Source: Sulfurimonas sp.
GTDB taxonomy: Bacteria; Campylobacterota; Campylobacteria; Campylobacterales; Sulfurimonadaceae
NCBI RefSeq assembly: GCF_041583195.1
Contig: NZ_JBFHGL010000009.1
Location: forward strand, 32,481 to 96,480
Length of the DNA: 64,000 nucleotides
Direction of reading: 5' to 3'
A program made the position numbers and the translations under genes. The notes beneath the pieces are model-generated. The model was not told where the DNA came from and made no database searches. It saw nothing but the letters and a program-made list of their open reading frames with translations. Positions 46,393 to 56,024 of this stretch are shown here, piece by piece; position 1 is the stretch's first letter, and each line of letters starts with the position of its first letter.

Positions 46393-47208
46393 ATGAATAC
46401 TGATGAACAACTTTTAAGAATTATTTCAAAAGAAACACTAGAAGCTGTAGACTCTATGTCAATAGTTACACCTTCTGTATATACAAGCGTTTTTAACGAA
46501 AAAGCAAAGTCTCATCATTTAGATATCTCAGAAGAAGTAAAAATCTCTCAGGAAATTTTAGATATAGAATGTAGAAATCTAATCGAGATGAGAGAAAACA
46601 ACAGTAAAAATGCCATCAAACTAAGTGCCTCTACATCAAAAGCTATCGATGCAATTAAACAAAAAGACGAAAAAAGTTTGGGTAAGGTTTTAGAAGAAAC
46701 AGAGCAACTTAAACGTGAAATAGAAAGTCTGAGAGAGATCGCTTATAAAGATGAGCTAACAGGTGCTTACAACAGAAAATGGTTAAGAGATCATTACCTT
46801 CACCAAGATGATGATAACTTTACTTCAGGCGGTACGATAGTAATTATAGATATAAATGCATTTAAAGATATTAATGACACTCATGGACATGCCGTAGGTG
46901 ACAAAGTACTTATATTTATTGCAAACAACCTTAAAAAAACAAAAGGTGACGTTATAAGATACGGAGGAGATGAATTTTTAATATTTTTTGATGAACAAAC
47001 AGAACTCAAAGATGTTTTTTCAAGAATAACCAAAATCAATGACTTTGTAACAAACAAAAGATTAAAAGCAAAAGACGGTGAGTTTAAAGTTAGTTTTTCA
47101 ATCGGTATATCTCAATTTAAAATAGATGATGTTTTTTCAAATATTTTAGAAGATGCAGATAAAAAAATGTATGAAAACAAAGAGGAGATGAAAAGACTTA
47201 ATTATTAA
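46393..47208 (+). CDS. Cytoplasmic diguanylate cyclase with coiled-coil N-terminus
   Basis: DELTGAYNRKW, DINAFKDINDTHGHAVGD, RYGGDEF. Confidence 0.88.
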   Translation: MNTDEQLLRIISKETLEAVDSMSIVTPSVYTSVFNEKAKSHHLDISEEVKISQEILDIECRNLIEMRENNSKNAIKLSASTSKAIDAIKQKDEKSLGKVLEETEQLKREIESLREIAYKDELTGAYNRKWLRDHYLHQDDDNFTSGGTIVIIDINAFKDINDTHGHAVGDKVLIFIANNLKKTKGDVIRYGGDEFLIFFDEQTELKDVFSRITKINDFVTNKRLKAKDGEFKVSFSIGISQFKIDDVFSNILEDADKKMYENKEEMKRLNY

Positions 47209-47215
47209 TGTCTAA

Positions 47216-48379
47216 TTATATTTCACATGAAAAGTCTACAATAGAGCCTTTTATTGTATTTCTGCCGGCATCTTTAGCCTCATATAAAAACTCATCTGCT
47301 ACTTTATAAATAAAGTCAAAATCTATGATGTTATACTTTTTAATTACAGATACACCAAAAGATGCAGTAACAAACTTATGAGGGTTTTTAGCATGGACTA
47401 TTTTCAACTCTTCAATATCTTTACGAATTTTTTCAATATAGTTGAATATATTCTCCTCAGAATCTGAAACTAAAAAACCAGAGAACTCTTCTCCGCCTAA
47501 TCTAAAAACATTGTCGATCCCTCTGCGCAGATTTTTCTTTAAAACAGCTCCAATTTCAATCAAGACCTGATCACCCTTATGATGACCGTAGTTGTCGTTA
47601 TACTCTTTAAAATAATCCAAATCTAAAATAAAAAAAGCGAAATATTTTTCACTGCTTTTTGCCATTTCAAAAGTTGATTGAAATATGCTGTTTAACTCTC
47701 TTCTGTTGTAAAGACCTGTTAAATGATCAGTAATTGAAATTTGATGTAACTGTTCAAGATACTCTTTTTCTTTACTTCTTGTTTCCTCTAGCGCTATATA
47801 TGATTTTTCAAAACTTTGTTCAATTAGATAAAGAACATAAACAAGTATCAAACTTGCAAATATTAAACGGATAAAACTGACACTTGTCCAATGTCCATCC
47901 TGCCAAACATTTATGCCGCTATAAGCCATACTAAAGAATATAAGATAAAACACTGCACTGTATAATGTACCTTTTTTACTTCCGTTTAAAAGTATAGCCG
48001 TTATTGGAAGAAATATTGTCCATATAAAAGTAAAGTCCTTACCCTCTTGAAAATACACCAACAATAGTAAAAAAATAAAAATATTTGCAGTAACTATATT
48101 TGAAACAAGTTCTATAGTACCTGTCTTTCTTAGGTGATAAAATGCATACGCTACAATTAAAAATGATATAAAATTTAAAATAGACACAAAGTAGTTGTTT
48201 AAAACAAACATGTTTAAAACAGAAAATAATCCAAAACCAACTATAGTAGCCAGTAAAATGATATAAAGAAGAACCATTTTTCTATAAATAGGCTCGTAGG
48301 TTTTAACATCTATATTTGCCAATAAAAGGTTTGTTAGATTATATTTCTTCATAGGATATATTTTATCATAATATTTCAT
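47216..48379 (-). CDS. Membrane-anchored diguanylate cyclase
   Basis: About six TM helices; DHLTGLYNRR, YNDNYGHHKGD, RGID-x5-GGEEF (I-site present). Confidence 0.9.
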   Translation of the reverse strand: MKYYDKIYPMKKYNLTNLLLANIDVKTYEPIYRKMVLLYIILLATIVGFGLFSVLNMFVLNNYFVSILNFISFLIVAYAFYHLRKTGTIELVSNIVTANIFIFLLLLVYFQEGKDFTFIWTIFLPITAILLNGSKKGTLYSAVFYLIFFSMAYSGINVWQDGHWTSVSFIRLIFASLILVYVLYLIEQSFEKSYIALEETRSKEKEYLEQLHQISITDHLTGLYNRRELNSIFQSTFEMAKSSEKYFAFFILDLDYFKEYNDNYGHHKGDQVLIEIGAVLKKNLRRGIDNVFRLGGEEFSGFLVSDSEENIFNYIEKIRKDIEELKIVHAKNPHKFVTASFGVSVIKKYNIIDFDFIYKVADEFLYEAKDAGRNTIKGSIVDFSCEI

Positions 48380-48470
48380 AACTTAACTCAAAGCGAGTAT
48401 CTAAGCTAGAGCTCACCTACTTTTAGATATAATCGCGAAATTTTAATAACATAATTAAGGCTAAAAGAAT

Positions 48471-51098
48471 ATGTCAAACGGCTACAACCCACAAGAGATA
48501 GAAAATAGATATTACAAAATTTGGGAAGATAGAAAATACTTCGAGATTGATGGAAATAAAGAGATTCAAAAAGAGAACAAAAATTTCGCAATCATGATGC
48601 CACCACCTAATGTAACAGGCCGTCTGCACATCGGTCATGCACTAACATTTACACTACAGGACATCATCACTCGTTATAAACGTATGGACGGGTATAAAAC
48701 TCTATGGCAGCCTGGAACTGACCATGCAGGTATCGCTACTCAAAACGTTGTTGAAAAACAACTTTTAGCTGAAGGCACTACAAAAGAAGAGATTGGTCGT
48801 GAAGCATTTTTAGAGCGTGCATGGGCTTGGAAAGAAGAATCTGCTGGAATTATGACTGATCAGCTTCGTAAAATGGGTGTATCACCTGCTTGGGAGCGCG
48901 AGCGTTTTACTATGGATGAGGGTCTTCAAAAATCAGTTAAAGAAGCATTTGTTCACCTATATAACAAAGGTCTTATTGTTCGTGGGAACTATATGGTTAA
49001 CTGGTGTACACACGATGGTGCATTAAGTGATATCGAAGTTGAACACGAAGATACTGACGGTAAGTTTTACCACATCATCTATCCGTTTGCCGATGGAAGC
49101 GGTCATGTTGAAGTAGCTACAACAAGACCTGAGACATATTTTGGTGATACTGCTGTTATGGTTCACCCTGAAGATGAGCGCTATAAAGCTCTAATCGGTA
49201 AAAAAATCAAACTGCCGTTACTTGATCGTGAAGTAAGCATAATCGCTGATGAACATGTTGATATGGAATTTGGAACTGGTGTTGTTAAGGTTACACCTGC
49301 GCATGACCAAAACGACTACGAAGTTGGAAAGCGTCACGACTTAGAGTTTATAACTGTATTTGATGAAAAAGGTATTCTAAACGACTATGCAGGTGAGTTT
49401 AAAGGTTTAGAACGTCTTGAAGCACGTGATGTAATTGTAAAACGCCTTGAAGAAGAAGGTTTTATGGTTAAAATAGAAGATCATAAACACCAAGTAGGAC
49501 ACTGTTACAGATGTAAAAACGTAGTTGAGCCTTACATCTCTAAACAATGGTTTGTAAGAAATGAAGTAGCTGACAGTTCTATCAAAAAGACAAACAACGG
49601 TGAAGCAAAATTCTTCCCACCACACTGGATCAACTCATACAACTCTTGGATGGGTGATCTTCGTGACTGGTGTATATCTCGTCAGCTTTGGTGGGGACAC
49701 CAAATTCCGGTATTTTACTGTGATGATTGTGATCATGAGTGGGCTTCTCTAGAAGACTCAGAAGATGTATGTCCAAAATGTGCATCTAAAAATGTACGCC
49801 AAGATCCTGACGTGCTTGATACTTGGTTCTCATCAGCTCTATGGCCTTTCTCAACTCTTGGATGGGGTAACGGCGATACTGAGATGGACAAACTGTTTAA
49901 ATCAGAAGATCTAAAAGAGTTTTATCCAAATGCTCTTTTAATTACAGGTTTTGACATCCTTTTCTTCTGGGTTGCCAGAATGATGATGATGGGTGAATCT
50001 TTTATGGGTGAACTCCCATTTAACCACATCTATCTACACGCACTAGTACGTGATGAGAATGGTCAGAAGATGTCTAAATCTAAGGGTAACGTAATTGATC
50101 CTCTTGATATGGTTAATAAATACTCGGCTGATATCTTACGTTTTACACTTGCAATTTCAGCAGCTCAGGGTCGTGATATCCGTATGAGTGAAGAAAAGCT
50201 TCAACTAAATCGTAACTTTACAAACAAGCTTTACAATGCAAGTAAATACCTTCAGATGAATGTTGACACTTTCCCTGATTTAGCAGGACTATGTTTAAAA
50301 ACAGACCTTGGTAAGTATATGGCATCTCGTCTTAACCAAGCTACAAAAGAGGTTCGTGAAGCATTAGATGAGTACAAATTTAACGATGCAGCTACAGTTA
50401 TCTATAGATTTATCTGGAATGAATTCTGTGACTGGGGAATTGAGCTTTCTAAAGCTGATAAAGGTGCCATTGTAGAACTTGGTGCTGTATTTAAAGAGTC
50501 TATGAAACTTCTTCACCCATTTATGCCGTTTGTTACAGAGTACCTTTACCACGAGTTAAGCGGAACAAACTTAGATAGTGACGAATCTATAATGATCAAA
50601 GAGTACCCTTACAAAACTAAAAGACGTAAAGAGGAAGATAAGTTCGAGATCATTATGGATGCGATCGTATCGATCCGTCGTGCAAAAGTTTTAGTAGATA
50701 TGGCTAACCAGAAAATAGACAAAGCTTATGTAAAAGTTGATGGCATGAGCGATGAAGATAAAGAGACTATGAAGCCGTTTATAATGAAACTTGCTAAAGT
50801 TGAAAAAGAACTAATCTTCACAGATAGCAAAATTGAAGATGCGGTAAGTGACATTGCAGATAAATGTGAGACTTTTATACCGACTGATTCTATCGACTTA
50901 ACACCGATCATCAACAAACTGACTAAACAAAACGAGAAGTTAGATAAAGAGATTGGAAAACTTAGCGGTATGCTAAATAATGAAAAATTCGTAGCCAATG
51001 CTCCAGAAGATGTACTAGCTAAGAATCGTGAACAATTAGCTGATGCAGAAGCTAAAAAAGCAAAAGTAGAGGAACAACTAAACTCTCTTCAAGCTTAA
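48471..51098 (+). CDS. valS: Valine--tRNA ligase
   Basis: PPPNVTGRLHIGH, TTRPET, DWCISRQLWWGH, KMSKSKGN, C-terminal coiled coil. Confidence 0.97.
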   Translation: MSNGYNPQEIENRYYKIWEDRKYFEIDGNKEIQKENKNFAIMMPPPNVTGRLHIGHALTFTLQDIITRYKRMDGYKTLWQPGTDHAGIATQNVVEKQLLAEGTTKEEIGREAFLERAWAWKEESAGIMTDQLRKMGVSPAWERERFTMDEGLQKSVKEAFVHLYNKGLIVRGNYMVNWCTHDGALSDIEVEHEDTDGKFYHIIYPFADGSGHVEVATTRPETYFGDTAVMVHPEDERYKALIGKKIKLPLLDREVSIIADEHVDMEFGTGVVKVTPAHDQNDYEVGKRHDLEFITVFDEKGILNDYAGEFKGLERLEARDVIVKRLEEEGFMVKIEDHKHQVGHCYRCKNVVEPYISKQWFVRNEVADSSIKKTNNGEAKFFPPHWINSYNSWMGDLRDWCISRQLWWGHQIPVFYCDDCDHEWASLEDSEDVCPKCASKNVRQDPDVLDTWFSSALWPFSTLGWGNGDTEMDKLFKSEDLKEFYPNALLITGFDILFFWVARMMMMGESFMGELPFNHIYLHALVRDENGQKMSKSKGNVIDPLDMVNKYSADILRFTLAISAAQGRDIRMSEEKLQLNRNFTNKLYNASKYLQMNVDTFPDLAGLCLKTDLGKYMASRLNQATKEVREALDEYKFNDAATVIYRFIWNEFCDWGIELSKADKGAIVELGAVFKESMKLLHPFMPFVTEYLYHELSGTNLDSDESIMIKEYPYKTKRRKEEDKFEIIMDAIVSIRRAKVLVDMANQKIDKAYVKVDGMSDEDKETMKPFIMKLAKVEKELIFTDSKIEDAVSDIADKCETFIPTDSIDLTPIINKLTKQNEKLDKEIGKLSGMLNNEKFVANAPEDVLAKNREQLADAEAKKAKVEEQLNSLQA

Positions 51099-51733
51099 TG
51101 AGATTTAGCCTCTTTCATTAAACCTTTTCCCTTTTGTGAAAGGAATGGGAATATATGAAGCTCAAAGATCATCTCTTTGGCTTCTTTTATTGAGTCCTTC
51201 GTTACTTCACCTCTTGTCGAAGCAAAAATTTGCCAGTATGCAGATATGAACCAATGCATTTTCGCTCTCATATTTAACTGCTCAGCAGATATACCCTCTA
51301 AAATTTCTTGAGAGATCAGATATTTTAAAAGACCTTCAATCTGCAAAATTCTTTTTTCCTGATTTTTTGCAAACATGGACTTTAATTCTGGATCCAGTGC
51401 CATAAGTAAAGCTGAATCTCTCATTAAAAACCTATAATCCCAAAACATATCACCATATTTGTCAAACATCTCTGAGAGCTCTTTTAATGGGTTCTCACTT
51501 ATCAGTATTTGCTCAAAACTATTAAAAGATTCAAAACGTGCCGACATATCGGAATATATATCTCTTATGATCTCCTCTTTATTTTTATAGTGGTAATAAA
51601 GATTACCGCTTGATATACCGGCTTCTTTTGCAATATGATTTGTGGTGATCGAGATTGTTTCTTTTGTATTGAAAAGCTCTATAGCGGCATTTTTTATTTT
51701 CTCTTTTGTAAGTGAGCGTTTTTTATTTTGCAT
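51095..51733 (-). CDS. TetR-family regulator
   Basis: IKNAAIELFN..ITTNHIAKEAGISSGNLYYHYKNKEEI. Confidence 0.92.
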   Translation of the reverse strand: MQNKKRSLTKEKIKNAAIELFNTKETISITTNHIAKEAGISSGNLYYHYKNKEEIIRDIYSDMSARFESFNSFEQILISENPLKELSEMFDKYGDMFWDYRFLMRDSALLMALDPELKSMFAKNQEKRILQIEGLLKYLISQEILEGISAEQLNMRAKMHWFISAYWQIFASTRGEVTKDSIKEAKEMIFELHIFPFLSQKGKGLMKEAKSH

Positions 51734-51751
51734 ATAAAATTATATCGTATC

Positions 51752-51799
51752 TAGAGTATTAATTCTACAAATATTCTATTTTTTAGAGTAATTACTCTA
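51752..51799. promoter_or_regulatory. Two TetR operator candidates (TAGAGTATTAATTCTA at 51752; perfect TAGAGTAATTACTCTA at 51784)
   Basis: 16-bp palindrome plus a 13/16 copy 32 bp away in the divergent intergenic region. Confidence 0.7.
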
Positions 51800-51862
51800 T
51801 TTTTAAGTATTTTTTTATATTTTTTAACTTAATATGTTTATATATTTTAAGTAAGGATACTT

Positions 51863-52441
51863 ATGGAACTTCAAAAAGCAGGCAGCGGATTACCAAATAT
51901 TGAACGTCTTTTTATTAAAAATATACTTGTACCACTTACAAGTAATATATTCACTTGGAATAGTGCACTATATATGTATAAAAAGGAAATACAAAAGATT
52001 ACAAAACTGATCATCTCTTTAGAAGATAAAGCTCTGCAACAAAAGACCATTATAGATAGGACATTTGCTATTGAAGATCACAGCAGGCAATTTTCTGTAA
52101 ATATGGTTTTAGAGCATCTTACAATTACAGGTTATGGGATTATGAGTGTTATAGATACACTATCAAAAGAGAAGGAATTTGAAAAAGAGATAACTGTTGA
52201 AGGGGTTAAGCCATTTGAAAATAAACAAAACTCTCTAAAAGATCTTCTTGCATTTTCACATAAGTATGAAAATTTCATAAACAATCTTTCTAAAGAACAA
52301 TCAATTGCTACAAAGAAACATCCTTGGTTTATTGAATTTAATAATTTCCAATGGAGTGTTTTTATGTTTATGCACACCTTTATCCATAGAAGACAGATAA
52401 AAGCTATTGTTGCTCAATTAGAAAGGGAAAAGATTGTATAA
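51863..52441 (+). CDS. DinB/YfiT-like four-helix protein
   Basis: VLEHL, HPWF, MHTFIHRRQI histidine pattern. Confidence 0.65.
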   Translation: MELQKAGSGLPNIERLFIKNILVPLTSNIFTWNSALYMYKKEIQKITKLIISLEDKALQQKTIIDRTFAIEDHSRQFSVNMVLEHLTITGYGIMSVIDTLSKEKEFEKEITVEGVKPFENKQNSLKDLLAFSHKYENFINNLSKEQSIATKKHPWFIEFNNFQWSVFMFMHTFIHRRQIKAIVAQLEREKIV

Positions 52442-52449
52442 AGATACTG

Positions 52450-52665
52450 TTAATAGTTCTCGTATTTTCTATTTTTAACGTCTTCTTTTATTTCAGCCAG
52501 CTTCTCTTCTAGAATAGCTACTAATATCTCTGCAGCATTTTGATCATCTGCTTCAGGGACATTCCAGTCCGTTATTTTTAGGTTTGACTTAAATAATAGC
52601 TCCAGCTCTCCCCTAATCTCATCTACACGGTTTGCCAGATCTTTTTGTGTTGCACTCTCTTGCAT
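52450..52665 (-). CDS. Small hypothetical protein
   Basis: 71 aa with AAGG SD; LKITDWNVPEADD motif. Confidence 0.7.
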   Translation of the reverse strand: MQESATQKDLANRVDEIRGELELLFKSNLKITDWNVPEADDQNAAEILVAILEEKLAEIKEDVKNRKYENY

Positions 52666-52784
52666 TTTTCAACCTTTGTATTGATTTTACTAATATAACC
52701 ATTTTATCATAGACAAGCTAATCTTCATAACTAATTAGATATAATTCCAAAATTTTTAAATACCCTGCTTTAAAAGGTAAAAAC

Positions 52785-54323
52785 TTGTTTGATATAAGAA
52801 AATATGACACATCAAATGTAAAAAACGACATATTATCAGGTCTTGTTGTTGCAGTAGCACTAGTTCCTGAAGCTATAGCGTTTAGCTTTATTGCTGAAGT
52901 TAGCCCTATAGTTGGACTTTATACTGCTTTTATACTAGGTCTGATTACTGCACTTATCGGTGGTAAACCTGGTATGATCTCAGGTGCTACAGGAGCTGTA
53001 GCTGTAGTTTTAGTCGGGCTTAGTCTTGAGGCAAATACAATGCTAAAAGCTACAGGGCTCGAAGGTGAAGCATTAGCAATGGGAGTGCTTCATTATATAC
53101 TTTTAGCTACTATTTTAGCAGGGCTTATACAAATAACAATCGGTGCACTTAAACTAGGTAAGTTCATCCGTCTTGTTCCGCAACCTGCAATGTATGGTTT
53201 TGTAAACGGTTTAGCTATTGTTATAGCATCTGCTCAGTTTAAGTTCTTTGAAGGTCAAGGGAGCATGATGTATGTACTTGTTTTTGTAACGATGCTTATT
53301 ATGTACTTCTTACCTAAGTTCACAAAAGCGGTACCATCTGGTCTTGTAGCAATTGTTCTTATTACTCTAGCTGTTTATTTTACAGGTACAAATACTCTTT
53401 TAGTAGGTCAACTAACGGACTTAAGCAAATTTGCTGGACAACTGCCATCTTTCATCTTTCCAGAACATATATTTAATATAGATGCTATTTTTATGGTTTT
53501 ACCTTATGCAGTTATAGTAGCACTAGTAGGTCTTATTGAGTCACTTCTTACACTTAGTGTTTTAGATGAGATGAGTGAAACTAGAGGTAGTGCAAATAAA
53601 GAGTGTATAGCTCAAGGTACAGGTAATGTTACGTGTGGTATGTTTGGCGGTATGGCTGGATGTGCAATGATTGGTCAGAGTATTATCAACTATACTTCAG
53701 GCGGTCTTGGACGTCTCTCATCATTTACGGCAGCTGTGGGGCTATTAATACTTGTAGTATCTCTGACAGACATATTAAACATTATTCCTGTTGCGGTTTT
53801 AGTTGGAATTATGTTTATGGTTAGTATTGGAACATTTGAATGGTCAAGCTTCTCTCATATAAAACATATGCCAAGGAGCGATGCTTTTGTAATGGTAATT
53901 GTTACAGTTATTACTGTAGTAGAAGATCTTGCAGTAGCCGTAATTGCTGGTGTAATTATCTCTGCACTTGTATTTGCATGGAAGCACGCTAGGATCTATG
54001 CAAAAAGTAATGTAGAAGCTGATGGAACAAAAGTGTACGAGCTTGATGGTCCACTGTTCTTTGGTAGTGCTACAACGTTTGGAGACAACTTTGATGTACC
54101 AAATGACCCTCCAAAAGTTGTTATCAACTTCAAAAATGCAAGGGTTATGGATAGTTCAGGTGTAGAAGCGATTGATGCTCTAACCAAAAAATACCAAGAT
54201 GCAGGTAAAAACCTACTACTTCGTCATCTAAGTAAAGACTGTAAAGCTATTTTAAAACAAGCGGGCCCACACTGTTCATACGAAGTAGACGATCCAACTT
54301 ACAAAGTTGCTTATAACTATTAA
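52785..54323 (+). CDS. SulP/SLC26 anion transporter with STAS domain
   Basis: DILSGLVVAVALVPEAIAFS, PGMISGATGA, GCAMIGQS, GPLFFGS, DSSG. Confidence 0.93.
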   Translation: MFDIRKYDTSNVKNDILSGLVVAVALVPEAIAFSFIAEVSPIVGLYTAFILGLITALIGGKPGMISGATGAVAVVLVGLSLEANTMLKATGLEGEALAMGVLHYILLATILAGLIQITIGALKLGKFIRLVPQPAMYGFVNGLAIVIASAQFKFFEGQGSMMYVLVFVTMLIMYFLPKFTKAVPSGLVAIVLITLAVYFTGTNTLLVGQLTDLSKFAGQLPSFIFPEHIFNIDAIFMVLPYAVIVALVGLIESLLTLSVLDEMSETRGSANKECIAQGTGNVTCGMFGGMAGCAMIGQSIINYTSGGLGRLSSFTAAVGLLILVVSLTDILNIIPVAVLVGIMFMVSIGTFEWSSFSHIKHMPRSDAFVMVIVTVITVVEDLAVAVIAGVIISALVFAWKHARIYAKSNVEADGTKVYELDGPLFFGSATTFGDNFDVPNDPPKVVINFKNARVMDSSGVEAIDALTKKYQDAGKNLLLRHLSKDCKAILKQAGPHCSYEVDDPTYKVAYNY

Positions 54324-54334
54324 GATAATTTTAG

Positions 54335-54363
54335 AAAAAAGGTAGCCATTCGGCTACCAAAAA
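54335..54363 (-). terminator. Intrinsic terminator of the PAS-MCP operon
   Basis: Hairpin GGTAGCC-GAAT-GGCTACC followed by T6 on the minus strand. Confidence 0.75.
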
Positions 54364-54375
54364 GAAAGATATTTT

Positions 54376-55494
54376 TTATTTATTTGCTAAACCATTTAAC
54401 GTAGCAATAATCTCATCCATTTTATCACTAACATTATTTATCTCATCAGAAACATCATTAATCTCTTTTGCATTAGCATTTAATGCCATAGAACTATCGG
54501 AGATAGACTGAATCAATACGTTTGTTGTAGCTGAAGTCTCAGCAAGAGATTTTTGTGTACGTTCAGCAAGCTTTCTAACTTCATCGGCAACTACCGCAAA
54601 TCCACGACCGTGTTCACCGGCACGTGCAGCTTCAATAGCAGCATTTAATGCAAGTAAGTTTGTTTGGTCTGCTATATCACCTATAGTAGCTAATATCTCT
54701 TTAGTTTCATTTGCATTACTAACTAATGTTTGAAGATTATCAACCAGTTCATTTTCACTATCAGACACACCATATACCCTATCAACCGTATGATTAACCA
54801 TATCTTTTAACTCTATAATAGTAGTATTTGTAATCTCATCAATAGTTGCATTTAACTCATTTGAAGTCTCAAGTATATGATTTTTACTTTGTTCATTTTG
54901 CTGTTCCATATTTTGCAGAGCTTCACCTAATGAGTTAATATTACTTAAAAGTTCAGCCATTTTAGCTTCAACTTTCACTTCACTTCTAGCGCCAAAATCA
55001 CCTTCAGCAAACCTTTTTAGTGTAGCTATTGCATTATCTAAATTTCCCTCTGCAGAGTCCATTAAGTTATTCATGGAATTTCTTAGAGCATGTACATAAG
55101 GAGTCTTACTGTCTGCAACAACTCTACAACTCATATGACCTTTTGAAACCTTATCTGCAAGAAGAGTCATTTCACCTGCAACACGAGTATCTGATAAAAC
55201 TGCTTCTTGATAAGTCATCACTATTTTATTGAAGTTTTTTTCAGATTCATTTGTCGTTTCTTTATTTAACGAAATTTTATTTCTCTTAAACTCCATTAAT
55301 TCGATTAACTCGATTCTTTTTTGATCAATATAAGCCAATGAATCACTTCCACTTTGGTTATATAAAACTACAACTAATATAAAAGTCATAATAAGTAAAA
55401 CTGCAGGTACTATGTTTGATTCCATTAAAAACATGGAAACAAGAGTAATGGTAAATAATAAAGTGATTATTATATTTTTTTGAAAGTTACTCAT
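54376..55494 (-). CDS. Methyl-accepting chemotaxis protein (TM hairpin, no periplasmic sensor, short signalling domain)
   Basis: [40 protein letters not shown]; two adjacent N-terminal TM helices. Confidence 0.92.
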   Translation of the reverse strand: MSNFQKNIIITLLFTITLVSMFLMESNIVPAVLLIMTFILVVVLYNQSGSDSLAYIDQKRIELIELMEFKRNKISLNKETTNESEKNFNKIVMTYQEAVLSDTRVAGEMTLLADKVSKGHMSCRVVADSKTPYVHALRNSMNNLMDSAEGNLDNAIATLKRFAEGDFGARSEVKVEAKMAELLSNINSLGEALQNMEQQNEQSKNHILETSNELNATIDEITNTTIIELKDMVNHTVDRVYGVSDSENELVDNLQTLVSNANETKEILATIGDIADQTNLLALNAAIEAARAGEHGRGFAVVADEVRKLAERTQKSLAETSATTNVLIQSISDSSMALNANAKEINDVSDEINNVSDKMDEIIATLNGLANK

Positions 55495-55501
55495 CGGCTT
55501 T

Positions 55502-55885
55502 CTAACTCATTGTCTTATACAGTGATTCTGCATCTTCAATCTCTTCTTTTGAAGGCTTCCTTCTGCATGACATATAAGTTGTTTCACCTGTATGCGGATC
55601 TTTCATAGGATATACGGTTGCAAACACCCAGTAAAAATCACCACTTTTAGTTTTGTTTTTTACGTAACCTGTCCACACTTTGCCCTGATTAACCACATCC
55701 CAAAGACTTTTAAATGCATCTTTTGGCATATCGGGGTGTCTTACAATACTATGAGGTTTTCCTATCAATTCACTTATAGTGTAGTCTGCTATTTTGCAAA
55801 AATCATCATTTGCAAATATTATCTTTCCTCTAGCATCTGTTTGAGATACTAAAAAATCGTCACTTTTAAGTACATATTCTGCCAT
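55502..55885 (-). CDS. Stand-alone Aer-type PAS domain protein (CetB-like)
   Basis: [49 protein letters not shown]. Confidence 0.88.
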   Translation of the reverse strand: MAEYVLKSDDFLVSQTDARGKIIFANDDFCKIADYTISELIGKPHSIVRHPDMPKDAFKSLWDVVNQGKVWTGYVKNKTKSGDFYWVFATVYPMKDPHTGETTYMSCRRKPSKEEIEDAESLYKTMS

Positions 55886-55961
55886 ATCTTATCCCCTTAT
55901 TAATCCATTAGTCTGAAGTACCATTTGAAATTAAATTCATCAATAGTACCTTCTAACATCT

Positions 55962-55988
55962 TAATCGAATCTTTATAAGATAATATTA
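55962..55988 (-). promoter_or_regulatory. Possible sigma28 promoter of the PAS-MCP operon
   Basis: TAAT-N15-TTCGATTA resembles TAAA-N15-GCCGATAA. Confidence 0.35.
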
Positions 55989-56024
55989 TGCCTAAAATTG
56001 TGATAAAAATATCACAAAAAGTGA

